A DNA stretch of 64,000 bases, from assembly GCA_038207085.1 (NCBI GenBank), contig JBBRAE010000001.1, forward strand, positions 160,001 through 224,000, given 5' to 3'. A program made the position numbers and the translations under genes. Below are positions 1 through 8,783 of this stretch, in pieces. The notes beneath the pieces are model-generated. The model did no database searches and was not told the DNA's origin. It saw only the letters and a list, made by a program, of their open reading frames with translations. The stretch's first letter is position 1; each line of letters opens with the position of its first letter. This stretch comes from Armatimonadota bacterium. GTDB lineage: Bacteria; Armatimonadota; UBA5829; DTLH01.

Positions 1-1659
1 GGAAATACTAAGAAAATCGGTAGGCTTTGCGCTCAATCTAAGCGACTGGCGCTGCTCTTCGGCGTTGAAATCGCTCTGCTTATCGCCGTAGCTACCCTCA
101 ATGCTCGCAATTTGGCCAAACTTAGCCTTCATATTCAAGTCAATGCCTGTCTCTGTGCCTTTTTCTGAATCGCTCATAGAAAGAGCGGTCTGCAACTGAA
201 CGGCATCAATGGGGTTGGCGGCAATCTTTACCTGAGCTTTGCCGGTTTGTCCTGCTGTCACCGATTCGGTTCCGGTGTAGGCGGCGTCCATATTGAAGCG
301 CGTGCCAGATACGGCTTTGATGCCGACATCAAGACGGGTATCGGTCTGGCCCGCATCGTTTGCATTCATAACAAGATCAGTTCTCAGCTGAATGCCTTCA
401 ATCGGGGTGGTGGTAACGCCGACAGCGGTCTTGGTACGCTGTCCATTAATCTCTGAGTCGACGTTTGCGAAGCTGGCGTGGACACTTGTTCGCTTGGTTG
501 GGTCAAGCTTAACCGCCACGTCGTATGCCGTCTCTTCGCCGGTCTTCTCTGAGTTCCTGAGGTTCAAATTGCTCGTCAGTTGGATGTTCTTGAGTGCACT
601 GGACTGGATAGCGACCTTGGTGGTTTCCATAGAGGTCGTCAGGCCGTTTGATGAGTTATCCGAATTGGCAAACGAGGCCGACACTGATGTCTTGTCGCCG
701 AGCTTGTGGTTCAGGCTGTAGGTGTCGGTCGAAACGCCGGAGGTTTTGCCGTCTTTTGCTTCAGTTTCGTTTTCGACGTGCGAGTAAGCAAGAGTCGGCA
801 TATTGGGCAGATTAATAACGACTTTCTGTTCCTGATTCGCCTGCCCCCCAGCCTGCGCGCCGAGATTGTCCTGTTCTTTATAGGAAAACGATGCGAATAC
901 GACATCAGAGGCTTTGCCATAGGTACCGATGAGATCAATGCCTTCCTTTGCCGACTGCAGGTTGTATTCTTTGGCTGCAGAGAAACCCTGTCCTGTGCGG
1001 GTGAGGTTGCCCTTCAGTGCGAACTTACCAATGGAGGTATCAGCACCGAGTTTGAGCGCAGTGCGGTCGAGGAAGTCACCGGGGTCCCCCGGACTGTTGG
1101 AGTTGCCCGGACTGAACAGCAAAGTGGTAGAAAGCCCGGACTTGTCGCCGATCTTGCGGTCTCCGGATAGCCCGAACACCGATAGTCCTGAGCCGGAGTT
1201 CTGGGCGACGCCGCCACCTCTATAGAAACCGAGCATTTGAAGGCTGCCGCGGTCGCCGTCTACGAGCTTTGCGTTAAGCGGCATTGTGAGCTCGCCGCCG
1301 TTCTTCACGGCCTTGTTCGAAAGCTTGTGATAGGAGACGCGTACCATTGTGCGGTCGGCAACCGGTTCGGCGAACGCGAGCATCCCCGAGCCGTAATCTA
1401 TTGTATATTCCTGGCCGCGGACAAGCTTGCGACCTGTGATCAGCACGTTATCGGTTTCGGACTCGATGTTCTTCCATGAGAGCATGTAGGGCCCGGAGGA
1501 TCCGTTGCCTACGAAGACGTCGCTTATGACGTCGAACCCTATCTGCGACAAATCGTTTGACTCCGCCGCGAACATCTGGGCGCCAGCAGGGCTTGGACAG
1601 GCGACGAGCGAATATGCGAGCGTAATCGCAAGGCAAATCGCTGGTTTTGCTGAAATCAT
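1..1659 (-). CDS. Large exported outer-membrane beta-barrel-like protein, runs off the left edge (not in ORF track)
   Basis: ATG at 1659 with AGGAGG/GGAAGG upstream; no stop found in my manual translation to position 1; signal-peptide-like MISAKPAICLAITLAYSLVACPSPAGA; motif VLITGRKLVRGQEYTIDYGSGMLAF, then many amphipathic beta-strand-like segments (e.g. RQSLRLSAKPTDFLSIS). Confidence 0.75.
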   Translation of the reverse strand, partial: MISAKPAICLAITLAYSLVACPSPAGAQMFAAESNDLSQIGFDVISDVFVGNGSSGPYMLSWKNIESETDNVLITGRKLVRGQEYTIDYGSGMLAFAEPVADRTMVRVSYHKLSNKAVKNGGELTMPLNAKLVDGDRGSLQMLGFYRGGGVAQNSGSGLSVFGLSGDRKIGDKSGLSTTLLFSPGNSNSPGDPGDFLDRTALKLGADTSIGKFALKGNLTRTGQGFSAAKEYNLQSAKEGIDLIGTYGKASDVVFASFSYKEQDNLGAQAGGQANQEQKVVINLPNMPTLAYSHVENETEAKDGKTSGVSTDTYSLNHKLGDKTSVSASFANSDNSSNGLTTSMETTKVAIQSSALKNIQLTSNLNLRNSEKTGEETAYDVAVKLDPTKRTSVHASFANVDSEINGQRTKTAVGVTTTPIEGIQLRTDLVMNANDAGQTDTRLDVGIKAVSGTRFNMDAAYTGTESVTAGQTGKAQVKIAANPIDAVQLQTALSMSDSEKGTETGIDLNMKAKFGQIASIEGSYGDKQSDFNAEEQRQSLRLSAKPTDFLSIS

Positions 1660-1794
1660 GCGCCTTCCATCCTCCTACATTATTTGTGCCACTCGTGTGG
1701 CACAATACGTAATGATTTTACCACACAGCAGAGCTTACAACAATATACTACATCAGACAGCGACTAAAGACGCGCCTCTGCCTGCTAGATTGCC

Positions 1795-4700
1795 TTATAC
1801 TCCGTGACTTTTCACCCAGGATCTCTGTCCGGCGGAGCGAACACGTTCCTTGAACGGACGCCTCTCCCCCGGAGACTCGCTTCTGTACTCAGGTCCAAGT
1901 GGATATATCCTGCTCGCAATGACGCTTATGCCGCGTTTACCCATCTTCTGCAATTTGCCTTCGATGATAAGTGCAGGATTATTAAAGATTACAGAGCCAA
2001 ACTTATCATATACCTTTGGGAATACGACTGTGTCGACAAGCCCCTCTTCGTCCTCAAGCGTCACAAAAACGACGACAGCTCCCGACTTTGTGGGTGGACG
2101 CATGCAGATGACGACTACACCTGCAACCCTGACAATCGTCTTATCCTGTAGGCTTTCAAGCCTGCTCGTCTCTACAACCCCGCGAGTTTCGAGCTTTTCG
2201 CGATAAAAGACCAGCGGATGGCACATCGGCGAAAGCCCCATTATCTCGTAGTCGGCCTGAAGTCTCTCGTGCGGCGAGAGTTCCTGCACATCCGGCAGAT
2301 ACGATAGATCCTCATCAGCGTCGGGAGTGACGCTGTCAAACAGAGTCTCGATTTCGGACTGCTGATTTCGAATTGCCGATCTCTTCGGCTGCCGGCTTGA
2401 AATTTCACCGAGAAGCCATGCAAGCTTCCCCCGATCGTGCCCGAAACAGTCGAACACCCCCACCCTGATAAGGTTTTCGATAATCGGGCGGTCCACCTTT
2501 GTCCTGGCACAGAAATCAGCAAAAGAAGAATATACGCGATCTTTTCTTGCACTTGTGATCGACTCCATCGCCGCCTCACTCATCCCCTTGATCTGTGAAA
2601 GCGCGATGCGAATGCCGGGCGAGAGCCTGGAGTCCTCATCATACTCCACGGTAAATCTTTTGCCGCTCAGATTCACATCCACCCCGAGTATTCGGATTCC
2701 GAGGCGGCGGGCGTCCTCGATGATCACGTTTGGCGGATAGAACCCCATCGGTTCGTTTGAGAGTATCCCAGCGAGGAACTCTGCTGGATAATGGGCTTTT
2801 AGATAAGCTGTCTGATAGGCGATTTTTGCAAAAGACGCCGCATGCGCCTTGCAAAAACCATACGCGGCGAAGGCTCTCAGACGAGTGAACACCTCCTCGG
2901 CGGCGCTTTGAGTCACCCCGTTTTGCCGCGCGCCTTCCATAAAGCTCACTTTTATCTTTTCCATCTCGTCTTGAGACCGATCGGTAGTCATAGCGCGCCG
3001 AAATGAGTCGGCTTGGCCGTAGGTGAAGCCGGCGACGACCGTAGCCGCCTGGATCACCTGCTCTTGAAAGAGCACAATTCCGTAAGTGTTTTTCAGCACC
3101 GGCTCAAGCCCTGGGTGCAGGTAGGTGACCGGCTCCTCACCGTGGCGGCGGGCAATGAACGGGTTGATCATATCCGCCTGCATCGGCCCCGGGCGAAAGA
3201 GCGATATCTGGGCGATTATGTCTTCAAAGCGCTCAGGCTGGAGCCGTCCAAGGAGCCCGCGCATCCCAGGGGATTCAACTTGAAAGAGCCCAATGGTCTT
3301 GGTAGAGCAAAGCATTTCGTAGACCTTGGTGTCGCACTCTGGGATGTTGTCGATATCGAGATCGACGCCGTGATGCTTCTTTATCAGCGGAAGCGCGTCC
3401 TCTATTGCAGACAAATTGCGAAGCCCGAGGATATCCATCTTTACAAGTCCAAGTTCTTCGATGTCATCTTTATCAAACTGTGACACAATCACCCCTTTGG
3501 TCGCCCATTCAAGTGGCACGAGGTCAGTGAGGAGCCCACGGCTGATGACGACCCCGCCGAGGTGGACTGAGAGATGCCGAGGGAAGCCGTCGATCTTCTC
3601 GCACACGTCAAGAAGCGTCTCAAGCTTCCATATAGGAATATGGCTGTCGCGTATTTCGGGGAGCTTTTCGGCGACTTCTCTTATTTTGTCGGCGTGTGTA
3701 TGTGGCAGGGCACGAGCAAGCTGATCAAGCTCAGCCGGAGGAAAGTCCATGGCCTTGCCGATATCTCGGACGGCTGACCTCGCGCAAAGCGTGCTCACGG
3801 TGCAGACCATCGCGACTTTGTCCTCGCCGTAGCGGTTGTATATGTAGTTGATCACCTCGTCGCGGCGGTTTGCATCAAAGTCTATATCGATATCGGGCAT
3901 GCCTCTTCGCTCCGGGTTCAGGAAGCGCTCAAAGAGCAGGTCGTGCTCCAGTGGGTCGACTATAGTGATCCCCAGACAATAGGCGACGATCGAGTCTGCC
4001 GCCGAGCCTCTTCCAGAGCAGCGAACACCGTGTTCCCGGGCATATTTGACTATGTCCCAGACGGCTAGAAAATACTCTGCAAACCCAAGATCGTGAATAA
4101 CCGAAAGTTCGTGCTGCAGCCGCTTAGTGGCTTTTGGAGTAAGCGGATAGTATAGCTTTGTTAAACCTTCAAAGCAAAGCTTGCACAAATAGCTGTAAGG
4201 CGTCTCTCCGTCCTGCACTGGAAAGCCGGGGAAGCGATATGTTCCGAGGCCAAGATCGAGATTGCACTGCCCAGCGACCCAGTCCGTCGTCGCGATCGCA
4301 TTTGAGTAACGGGTGAAGATGTTCGCCATCGCTCTTGGGGTTTTTAGATAATATTCGGCGTTCTGCTTGCGCGAGGGGTGCCCGTCGTCGAGCGTAGTGA
4401 TCGTCCGCACGCAGGAGAGTATGTCTTGGACCTTGAAGTCGGACTTTTCTGCATAGTGAACGTTGTTTGTTGCGACGATTCTAAGCGAAAGCTCGTCTGC
4501 CAGCAATGCAAGGCTGGCGTTTAAGAGACTCGTCCCGGGGAGCATGTGGTTCTGAAGCTCGATCAGATAGTTCTCGCGCCCAAATATCTCAATGTAACGC
4601 CCGGCGGCTGCTTTGGCATCGTCAACCCTGCCCTGGGCGACAAGTGAGGGGACTTCCCCCTTCGGGCACCCAGACAGGCAAAATAGCTGCTCCCTGTGAC

Positions 4701-5031
4701 GGTTTAGTATATCAAAACTCGCCCGAGCCTGCCCCTTCTCGTGCGAAAGCTGCGAGCGGGTGATGATCCGGCACAGGTTCGAGTAGCCGGTGATGTCTTT
4801 GGCAAGAAGCACGACGTGCCCCCCACCCTCTATCTCGATCTCGACCCCGATGATCGGCTTGACCCCGATCTTTTTCGCGTATTTATAGAACCTGACCGCC
4901 CCGTAGAGCCCATTGTGGTCGGTCAGCGCAAGCGAGTCGCAGCCGACCGCCTTCGCCCGGTCGACAAGCGAACGAACGTCGCTTCCACCGTCGAGAAACG
5001 AATAATTGGAATGAACGTGCAAGTGAACCAT
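1795..5031 (-). CDS. dnaE2: Error-prone DNA polymerase III alpha subunit (DnaE2)
   Basis: PHP motifs HLHVHSNYSFLDG and TDHNG; GRGSAA, LLFERFL, PDIDIDF, KMDILGL, FQVESPG, YGFCKAHA; C-terminal OB fold (RPPTKSG..FVTLEDE); operon with a Y-family gene under an SOS box. Confidence 0.93.
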   Translation of the reverse strand: MVHLHVHSNYSFLDGGSDVRSLVDRAKAVGCDSLALTDHNGLYGAVRFYKYAKKIGVKPIIGVEIEIEGGGHVVLLAKDITGYSNLCRIITRSQLSHEKGQARASFDILNRHREQLFCLSGCPKGEVPSLVAQGRVDDAKAAAGRYIEIFGRENYLIELQNHMLPGTSLLNASLALLADELSLRIVATNNVHYAEKSDFKVQDILSCVRTITTLDDGHPSRKQNAEYYLKTPRAMANIFTRYSNAIATTDWVAGQCNLDLGLGTYRFPGFPVQDGETPYSYLCKLCFEGLTKLYYPLTPKATKRLQHELSVIHDLGFAEYFLAVWDIVKYAREHGVRCSGRGSAADSIVAYCLGITIVDPLEHDLLFERFLNPERRGMPDIDIDFDANRRDEVINYIYNRYGEDKVAMVCTVSTLCARSAVRDIGKAMDFPPAELDQLARALPHTHADKIREVAEKLPEIRDSHIPIWKLETLLDVCEKIDGFPRHLSVHLGGVVISRGLLTDLVPLEWATKGVIVSQFDKDDIEELGLVKMDILGLRNLSAIEDALPLIKKHHGVDLDIDNIPECDTKVYEMLCSTKTIGLFQVESPGMRGLLGRLQPERFEDIIAQISLFRPGPMQADMINPFIARRHGEEPVTYLHPGLEPVLKNTYGIVLFQEQVIQAATVVAGFTYGQADSFRRAMTTDRSQDEMEKIKVSFMEGARQNGVTQSAAEEVFTRLRAFAAYGFCKAHAASFAKIAYQTAYLKAHYPAEFLAGILSNEPMGFYPPNVIIEDARRLGIRILGVDVNLSGKRFTVEYDEDSRLSPGIRIALSQIKGMSEAAMESITSARKDRVYSSFADFCARTKVDRPIIENLIRVGVFDCFGHDRGKLAWLLGEISSRQPKRSAIRNQQSEIETLFDSVTPDADEDLSYLPDVQELSPHERLQADYEIMGLSPMCHPLVFYREKLETRGVVETSRLESLQDKTIVRVAGVVVICMRPPTKSGAVVVFVTLEDEEGLVDTVVFPKVYDKFGSVIFNNPALIIEGKLQKMGKRGISVIASRIYPLGPEYRSESPGERRPFKERVRSAGQRSWVKSHGV

Positions 5032-5040
5032 AAGTATCTG

Positions 5041-5289
5041 CTAGTCTTCCGTTCTGAAGACCTGCCACGCCTCCCTGCTGTGGTCGAATTTTAGCTCGTA
5101 AATGCCGTTTTTGTCGGTCCTGACCCGGAAAAACGTGTTTTCAGACTCACCGTCCCACCATGCGCCGACCAGCCGCCAGCACTCCTGAACCTCGGTGACA
5201 CGATGCACCCTGCCGCGCCACTCAAAAGCTAGAGGATGGTTGCGATTATTAAGTGTCACCGTTATAGATTGCGAAACATGCTTGCTCAT
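5041..5289 (-). CDS. Small DUF6504 / stand-alone ImuB-C-like protein
   Basis: 82 aa; FEWRGRVHRV..ECWRLVGAWWDGE..FFRV..GIYEL..W pattern; packed between the Y-family gene and dnaE2. Confidence 0.75.
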   Translation of the reverse strand: MSKHVSQSITVTLNNRNHPLAFEWRGRVHRVTEVQECWRLVGAWWDGESENTFFRVRTDKNGIYELKFDHSREAWQVFRTED

Positions 5290-5292
5290 TTA

Positions 5293-6492
5293 CTACAAAG
5301 CCACCCTGAATATCACCCTTTCCCTGCCCGCAGCGGCAAGTGAGGATGCATATATAAGCGCGCTGTCTCCAAATCTCAAGTGCACCGACTCCATCACCAC
5401 ATCAAGCTTCCTCCGCCGCTCAGAATCCCCGAGCAGGCAGAGCTGCAGCCCCTCGCCCATTGTGAGGTCCGAGAGCGTAATCGAAACCCCACTTGCCTCC
5501 ATCCCCGGACGCATCTGCATCGGCAGAAGGCGCTTCAGGGCAAAAAGAATGTCAGCGGCGCGATTCACGGGTCGCTTCAAACGCCATAATGACGGCCGTT
5601 GGGAAGTTGCGGATTGTAAATCCAAGGGATCTGCGTAAACACTAAACTCAACCCTCTCTGCAAGCCTGTTCTGACTCCGAAGCTCGAGCGCGAGACGTTC
5701 CGCGATTGGCCCAAGCTCAGATTCAACATATGAAGGCTCCAACAATGAATTTGTGAACATATGTTCGGTATTAATAACTTCAGGCGGCCACATCTGTTTC
5801 ACCTGGCAGTGATCCACACCAAGCGCAAGCCGGTGAAGCCGTTCACCCGTGACGCCGAACTGGCGCGTAAGCAGTCGCTCCGGCACAAGAGCGAGTTGAC
5901 CGATCGTGCGCACGCCGAGCTCATTGAGCCTGCGCGTGGTTTTCTCGCCCACCCCCGGAAGCGCTCCTACAGGAATCGGAGATATGAACTCCTGCTCGCG
6001 GCCCGGCGCGACTATCCGCAACCGCCCCGTATCCGATGCGATTTGCGCCACGAGCTTGTTTGAGGCGATCCCCGCGCTTGCGGAGTAGCCCATCGCATTG
6101 ACAATACGAATCGCCTCCATCGCCATCTGTTTTGGGCCGCCGAAGAGCCTGCGGCTGGCAGTCACGTCGAGCCAGGCGCGGTCAAGTGAATCCGGCTCAA
6201 GAATTGGCGAGTAGTTACTGAGGACGTCCATCACGGCAGAAGAGACCGACCGATAAAGCGCGTAATCAGCCGAAACGAAAACACCATTGGGGCAGAGTCT
6301 CTGTGCGTGGCGCACGGTCATCCCCTCACACGCTCCGAAGCTCCTGGCCTCAGGCGACACCGACACCACAACCCCGCTCGTGTTCCCGGAACTCTTCGCG
6401 ACCATCACCGGCTTTCCGGCAAGTTCCGGCCTCCGCTGCACCTCAACCGAGGTGAAAAGCGACTCGACTCTGAAATGAATAACAGCTCTCAC
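5293..6492 (-). CDS. Y-family polymerase homologue (DinB/ImuB-like), predicted catalytically inactive
   Basis: DinB-like motifs (VEVQRRPELAGKPV, SPEARSFG, GIASNKLVA, LPGVG); DxDxF is replaced by RVESL and SIDE by SLDR; clamp-like QLCLL; C-terminal RecA-NT-like KLDVVMESVHLRFG. Confidence 0.85.
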   Translation of the reverse strand: MRAVIHFRVESLFTSVEVQRRPELAGKPVMVAKSSGNTSGVVVSVSPEARSFGACEGMTVRHAQRLCPNGVFVSADYALYRSVSSAVMDVLSNYSPILEPDSLDRAWLDVTASRRLFGGPKQMAMEAIRIVNAMGYSASAGIASNKLVAQIASDTGRLRIVAPGREQEFISPIPVGALPGVGEKTTRRLNELGVRTIGQLALVPERLLTRQFGVTGERLHRLALGVDHCQVKQMWPPEVINTEHMFTNSLLEPSYVESELGPIAERLALELRSQNRLAERVEFSVYADPLDLQSATSQRPSLWRLKRPVNRAADILFALKRLLPMQMRPGMEASGVSITLSDLTMGEGLQLCLLGDSERRRKLDVVMESVHLRFGDSALIYASSLAAAGRERVIFRVAL

Positions 6493-6498
6493 ACCCTT

Positions 6499-6527
6499 AT
6501 TATGGCAGACGAACAGATGTTTGTCAA
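6499..6527 (-). promoter_or_regulatory. Sigma70 promoter with an overlapping LexA (SOS) box; probable leaderless transcript
   Basis: Minus strand TTGACA(6527-6522)-17 nt-CATAAT(6504-6499), 6 nt before the GTG start, no SD; CGAACAGATGTTTG at 6510-6523 fits Gram-positive-type CGAAC-N4-GTTYG. Confidence 0.85.
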
Positions 6528-6536
6528 GGCTGAAAG

Positions 6537-7343
6537 CTAGAAAACTGGGGGCTTGAGGTTAGGGGTGGGGACTGGCGTTTCACTCTCGATAGTTTGGCCA
6601 TCGTAGGCTAGCCTCATGTTATCGGGAAGCTCTGCGTTTGTTGTTTCGTGATCCAGTTTGTGGGCCATGTGGACGAAGTAGGTCTGCCTTGGGGCAAGCT
6701 CTTTTGCGGCCGATACCGCCTCTTCGAGCGAAAAATGCGTCTCGTGAGGCGTGCGTCTTAGTGCGCCAAGGACCAGGGTGTCGAGGTTCTTAAGAAGCGT
6801 TTTTGAGGCTTCAGGAATCTCGCTGCAGTCGGTGATGTAGGCAAGGTCGCCGATCCGATAGCCAAGTATATCCAAGCATCCGTGCTTGATCGGGATCGGG
6901 ATGATATCGACTCCTGAGGCGTTGAACGGGCCGGTCACTTCGACAAGATCAATTCTAGGCTTGCCTCCGCCGATCTGCGTAGGCTTGAAGATGTACCCGA
7001 ACGCCTGACGGACTGTTGCGAGCGTTTCGGCGTTCCCATAGCAGGATATCTTGCTGTCCTGCATCTCGTTGAAGCGGCGGATGTCGTCGAGACCGAAGAT
7101 ATGATCTGCGTGACCGTGCGTAAATAGGACGAAATCTACGCGCTCTACACCGTTTGCCAGGCACTGCAGGCGAAACTCAGGGGTAGTGTCGATGATTATG
7201 CTTTGTCCGTTACACTCCACGCGCGCAGAGGTTCTCATTCGCTTGTTGTTAGGGTCGATAGAGGTGCACACGGGGCACTTACAGCCGACCATCGGCACGC
7301 CGTGGGAGGTGCCGGTCCCCAGAAATGTCAGTTTCGTCCTCAT
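6537..7343 (-). CDS. MBL-fold metallo-hydrolase, PhnP-like phosphodiesterase
   Basis: FLGTGTSHGVP..CKCPVC, THGHADHIFGLDD, YITDC, THFS, HMAH, LAYDG; start trimmed to MRTK. Confidence 0.88.
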   Translation of the reverse strand: MRTKLTFLGTGTSHGVPMVGCKCPVCTSIDPNNKRMRTSARVECNGQSIIIDTTPEFRLQCLANGVERVDFVLFTHGHADHIFGLDDIRRFNEMQDSKISCYGNAETLATVRQAFGYIFKPTQIGGGKPRIDLVEVTGPFNASGVDIIPIPIKHGCLDILGYRIGDLAYITDCSEIPEASKTLLKNLDTLVLGALRRTPHETHFSLEEAVSAAKELAPRQTYFVHMAHKLDHETTNAELPDNMRLAYDGQTIESETPVPTPNLKPPVF

Positions 7344-7544
7344 CAGTCCCATCACTTTCCAGAGACACATCATAGACTCATAGAGTATCACTGTCAAGGG
7401 CCAGTGGCGGATAACGCCGTCGATCCGGCTCGTCCGGTTTAGATGGGCTTGGCAGAGGGTATCAAAATAGTACAATGAAATTTCAGTCTCGCCTGTGATG
7501 CGAGCACGGGCAGGCTCTTTGCTCGTGGAAAGGATGGGTCAGGG

Positions 7545-8063
7545 ATGAACCATAATACCGGCCAGCCGGGCAATGTCAACTGCATCCGAAACCACATCGA
7601 CAACTTTGGTGACCCCTACATAGTCCAAGCAGGCCCCGAAGAGACACGCGTATGCTCCGAATGCAACGCAATCTACTCTGGCCAGAGGTGGTACCTTAAA
7701 GAACAGGTGGACGCTGAGAAAATGCGGCACATCGATGTCCATTTTACAGTTTGTCCCGCGTGCAGAAAGATCAAAGACAGGTCACCCGGCGGGATCGTCC
7801 ATATAACAGGGAACTTCATAAGAGAACACAAAGACGACATCATGAACCTTATTCATAACGAGGGTGACCGGGCAAAAGCAACCAACCCGCTCGAACGCAT
7901 CATGGGTATAGAAGGAACAGATGGCAACTACGAAGTGTTGACCACCAACGAGAAGCTCGCCCAGCGGATAGGAAGGGCGCTTCACAAGGCCTACCACGGC
8001 ACCGTTGTCTACAAGTGGTCTGAAGATAATAAACTCGTCAGGGTTTCCTGGCAGAGGGATTGA
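7545..8063 (+). CDS. BCAM0308-family protein (two CxxC)
   Basis: CSEC...CPACRKIKD..GGIV..NPLERI..TTNEKLAQRIGRAL. Confidence 0.75.
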   Translation: MNHNTGQPGNVNCIRNHIDNFGDPYIVQAGPEETRVCSECNAIYSGQRWYLKEQVDAEKMRHIDVHFTVCPACRKIKDRSPGGIVHITGNFIREHKDDIMNLIHNEGDRAKATNPLERIMGIEGTDGNYEVLTTNEKLAQRIGRALHKAYHGTVVYKWSEDNKLVRVSWQRD

Positions 8064-8076
8064 CGGAGGTAACTCT

Positions 8077-8361
8077 ATGAAAAAGAGCAACGGATTTATG
8101 CTCGTTCTCGTTAGCGCGTTAGTCGGAGGTATAGCCGGACTGCTATTTGCTCCACAGCCGGGACGTCGAACTCGGGCGCTTGTCCGCGACAAATCAGTCA
8201 AGTACTCGCACGATGTGGCTGATATCGCAGGCAAAAAGTCCCGACACGTCGCTAACAAGGCCAAGGGCTACGCCCACGACATCAGAGGGTTATTTGGACA
8301 CCGAATGGGTTCACAAGAAGCAGCCATTGAAGAAGAAATCGAACAGACCATTCAGTCCTGA
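8077..8361 (+). CDS. YtxH domain protein
   Basis: GGAGG SD; ALVGGIAGLLFAPQPGRRTR. Confidence 0.8.
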   Translation: MKKSNGFMLVLVSALVGGIAGLLFAPQPGRRTRALVRDKSVKYSHDVADIAGKKSRHVANKAKGYAHDIRGLFGHRMGSQEAAIEEEIEQTIQS

Positions 8362-8394
8362 AACAACTCTGCCGAAGCGAGTTTAGTAACTTCC

Positions 8395-8421
8395 GGGGAG
8401 AGCGCACAAGCGCCCTCCCCT
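8395..8421. terminator. GC-rich hairpin, possible terminator
   Basis: GGGGAGAGCGC-ACAA-GCGCCCTCCCC after the ytxH-like gene. Confidence 0.45.
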
Positions 8422-8450
8422 GTTGCTATTACTATAATAAGGAGAAAGAC

Positions 8451-8783
8451 ATGCTGGAATTTGTTAAGAAGACACTTTCGTTTGGTCTTGGCGCGGCCCT
8501 GCTCACCGGTGAGGCACTTCGGCAAGTAGCCGAAGATGCCGTCTCTCGCGGGGAGATGAGCCGCGACGAGGCCAAGAGCTTCATCGACGACGTTACCCAA
8601 CGCGCCGATCAGGAAAAAGACAACATGCAGAACTGGATGCGCGAGCAGATGGCAAAGATGATGCGCGATATGGGTGTGGCTGAGCGCACCACGCTTGAAT
8701 CGCTTGAAAAGAGGGTCGACGCGATCCAGTTCAGGCTCGATGCCGCTGAGTCGGAAGTATATGAGCACGAGGAGATCACATAA
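8451..8783 (+). CDS. Phasin / PHA-granule-associated family protein
   Basis: KKTLSFGLGAALLT..AVSRGEMSRDEAK..coiled-coil C-terminus; AAGGAG SD. Confidence 0.75.
   Translation: MLEFVKKTLSFGLGAALLTGEALRQVAEDAVSRGEMSRDEAKSFIDDVTQRADQEKDNMQNWMREQMAKMMRDMGVAERTTLESLEKRVDAIQFRLDAAESEVYEHEEIT

Noticed and set aside
1656..1670. Minus-strand mini-ORF MEGA* overlapping the barrel gene start
   Set aside because: AGGAGG abuts its ATG with no spacing, so it more likely serves the ATG at 1659.
247..1807. Plus-strand ORFs at the window start, and other long antisense ORFs such as 31698..32600, 59796..60881 and 12994..13800
   Set aside because: Shadows of well-supported genes on the opposite strand, with no recognisable motifs.
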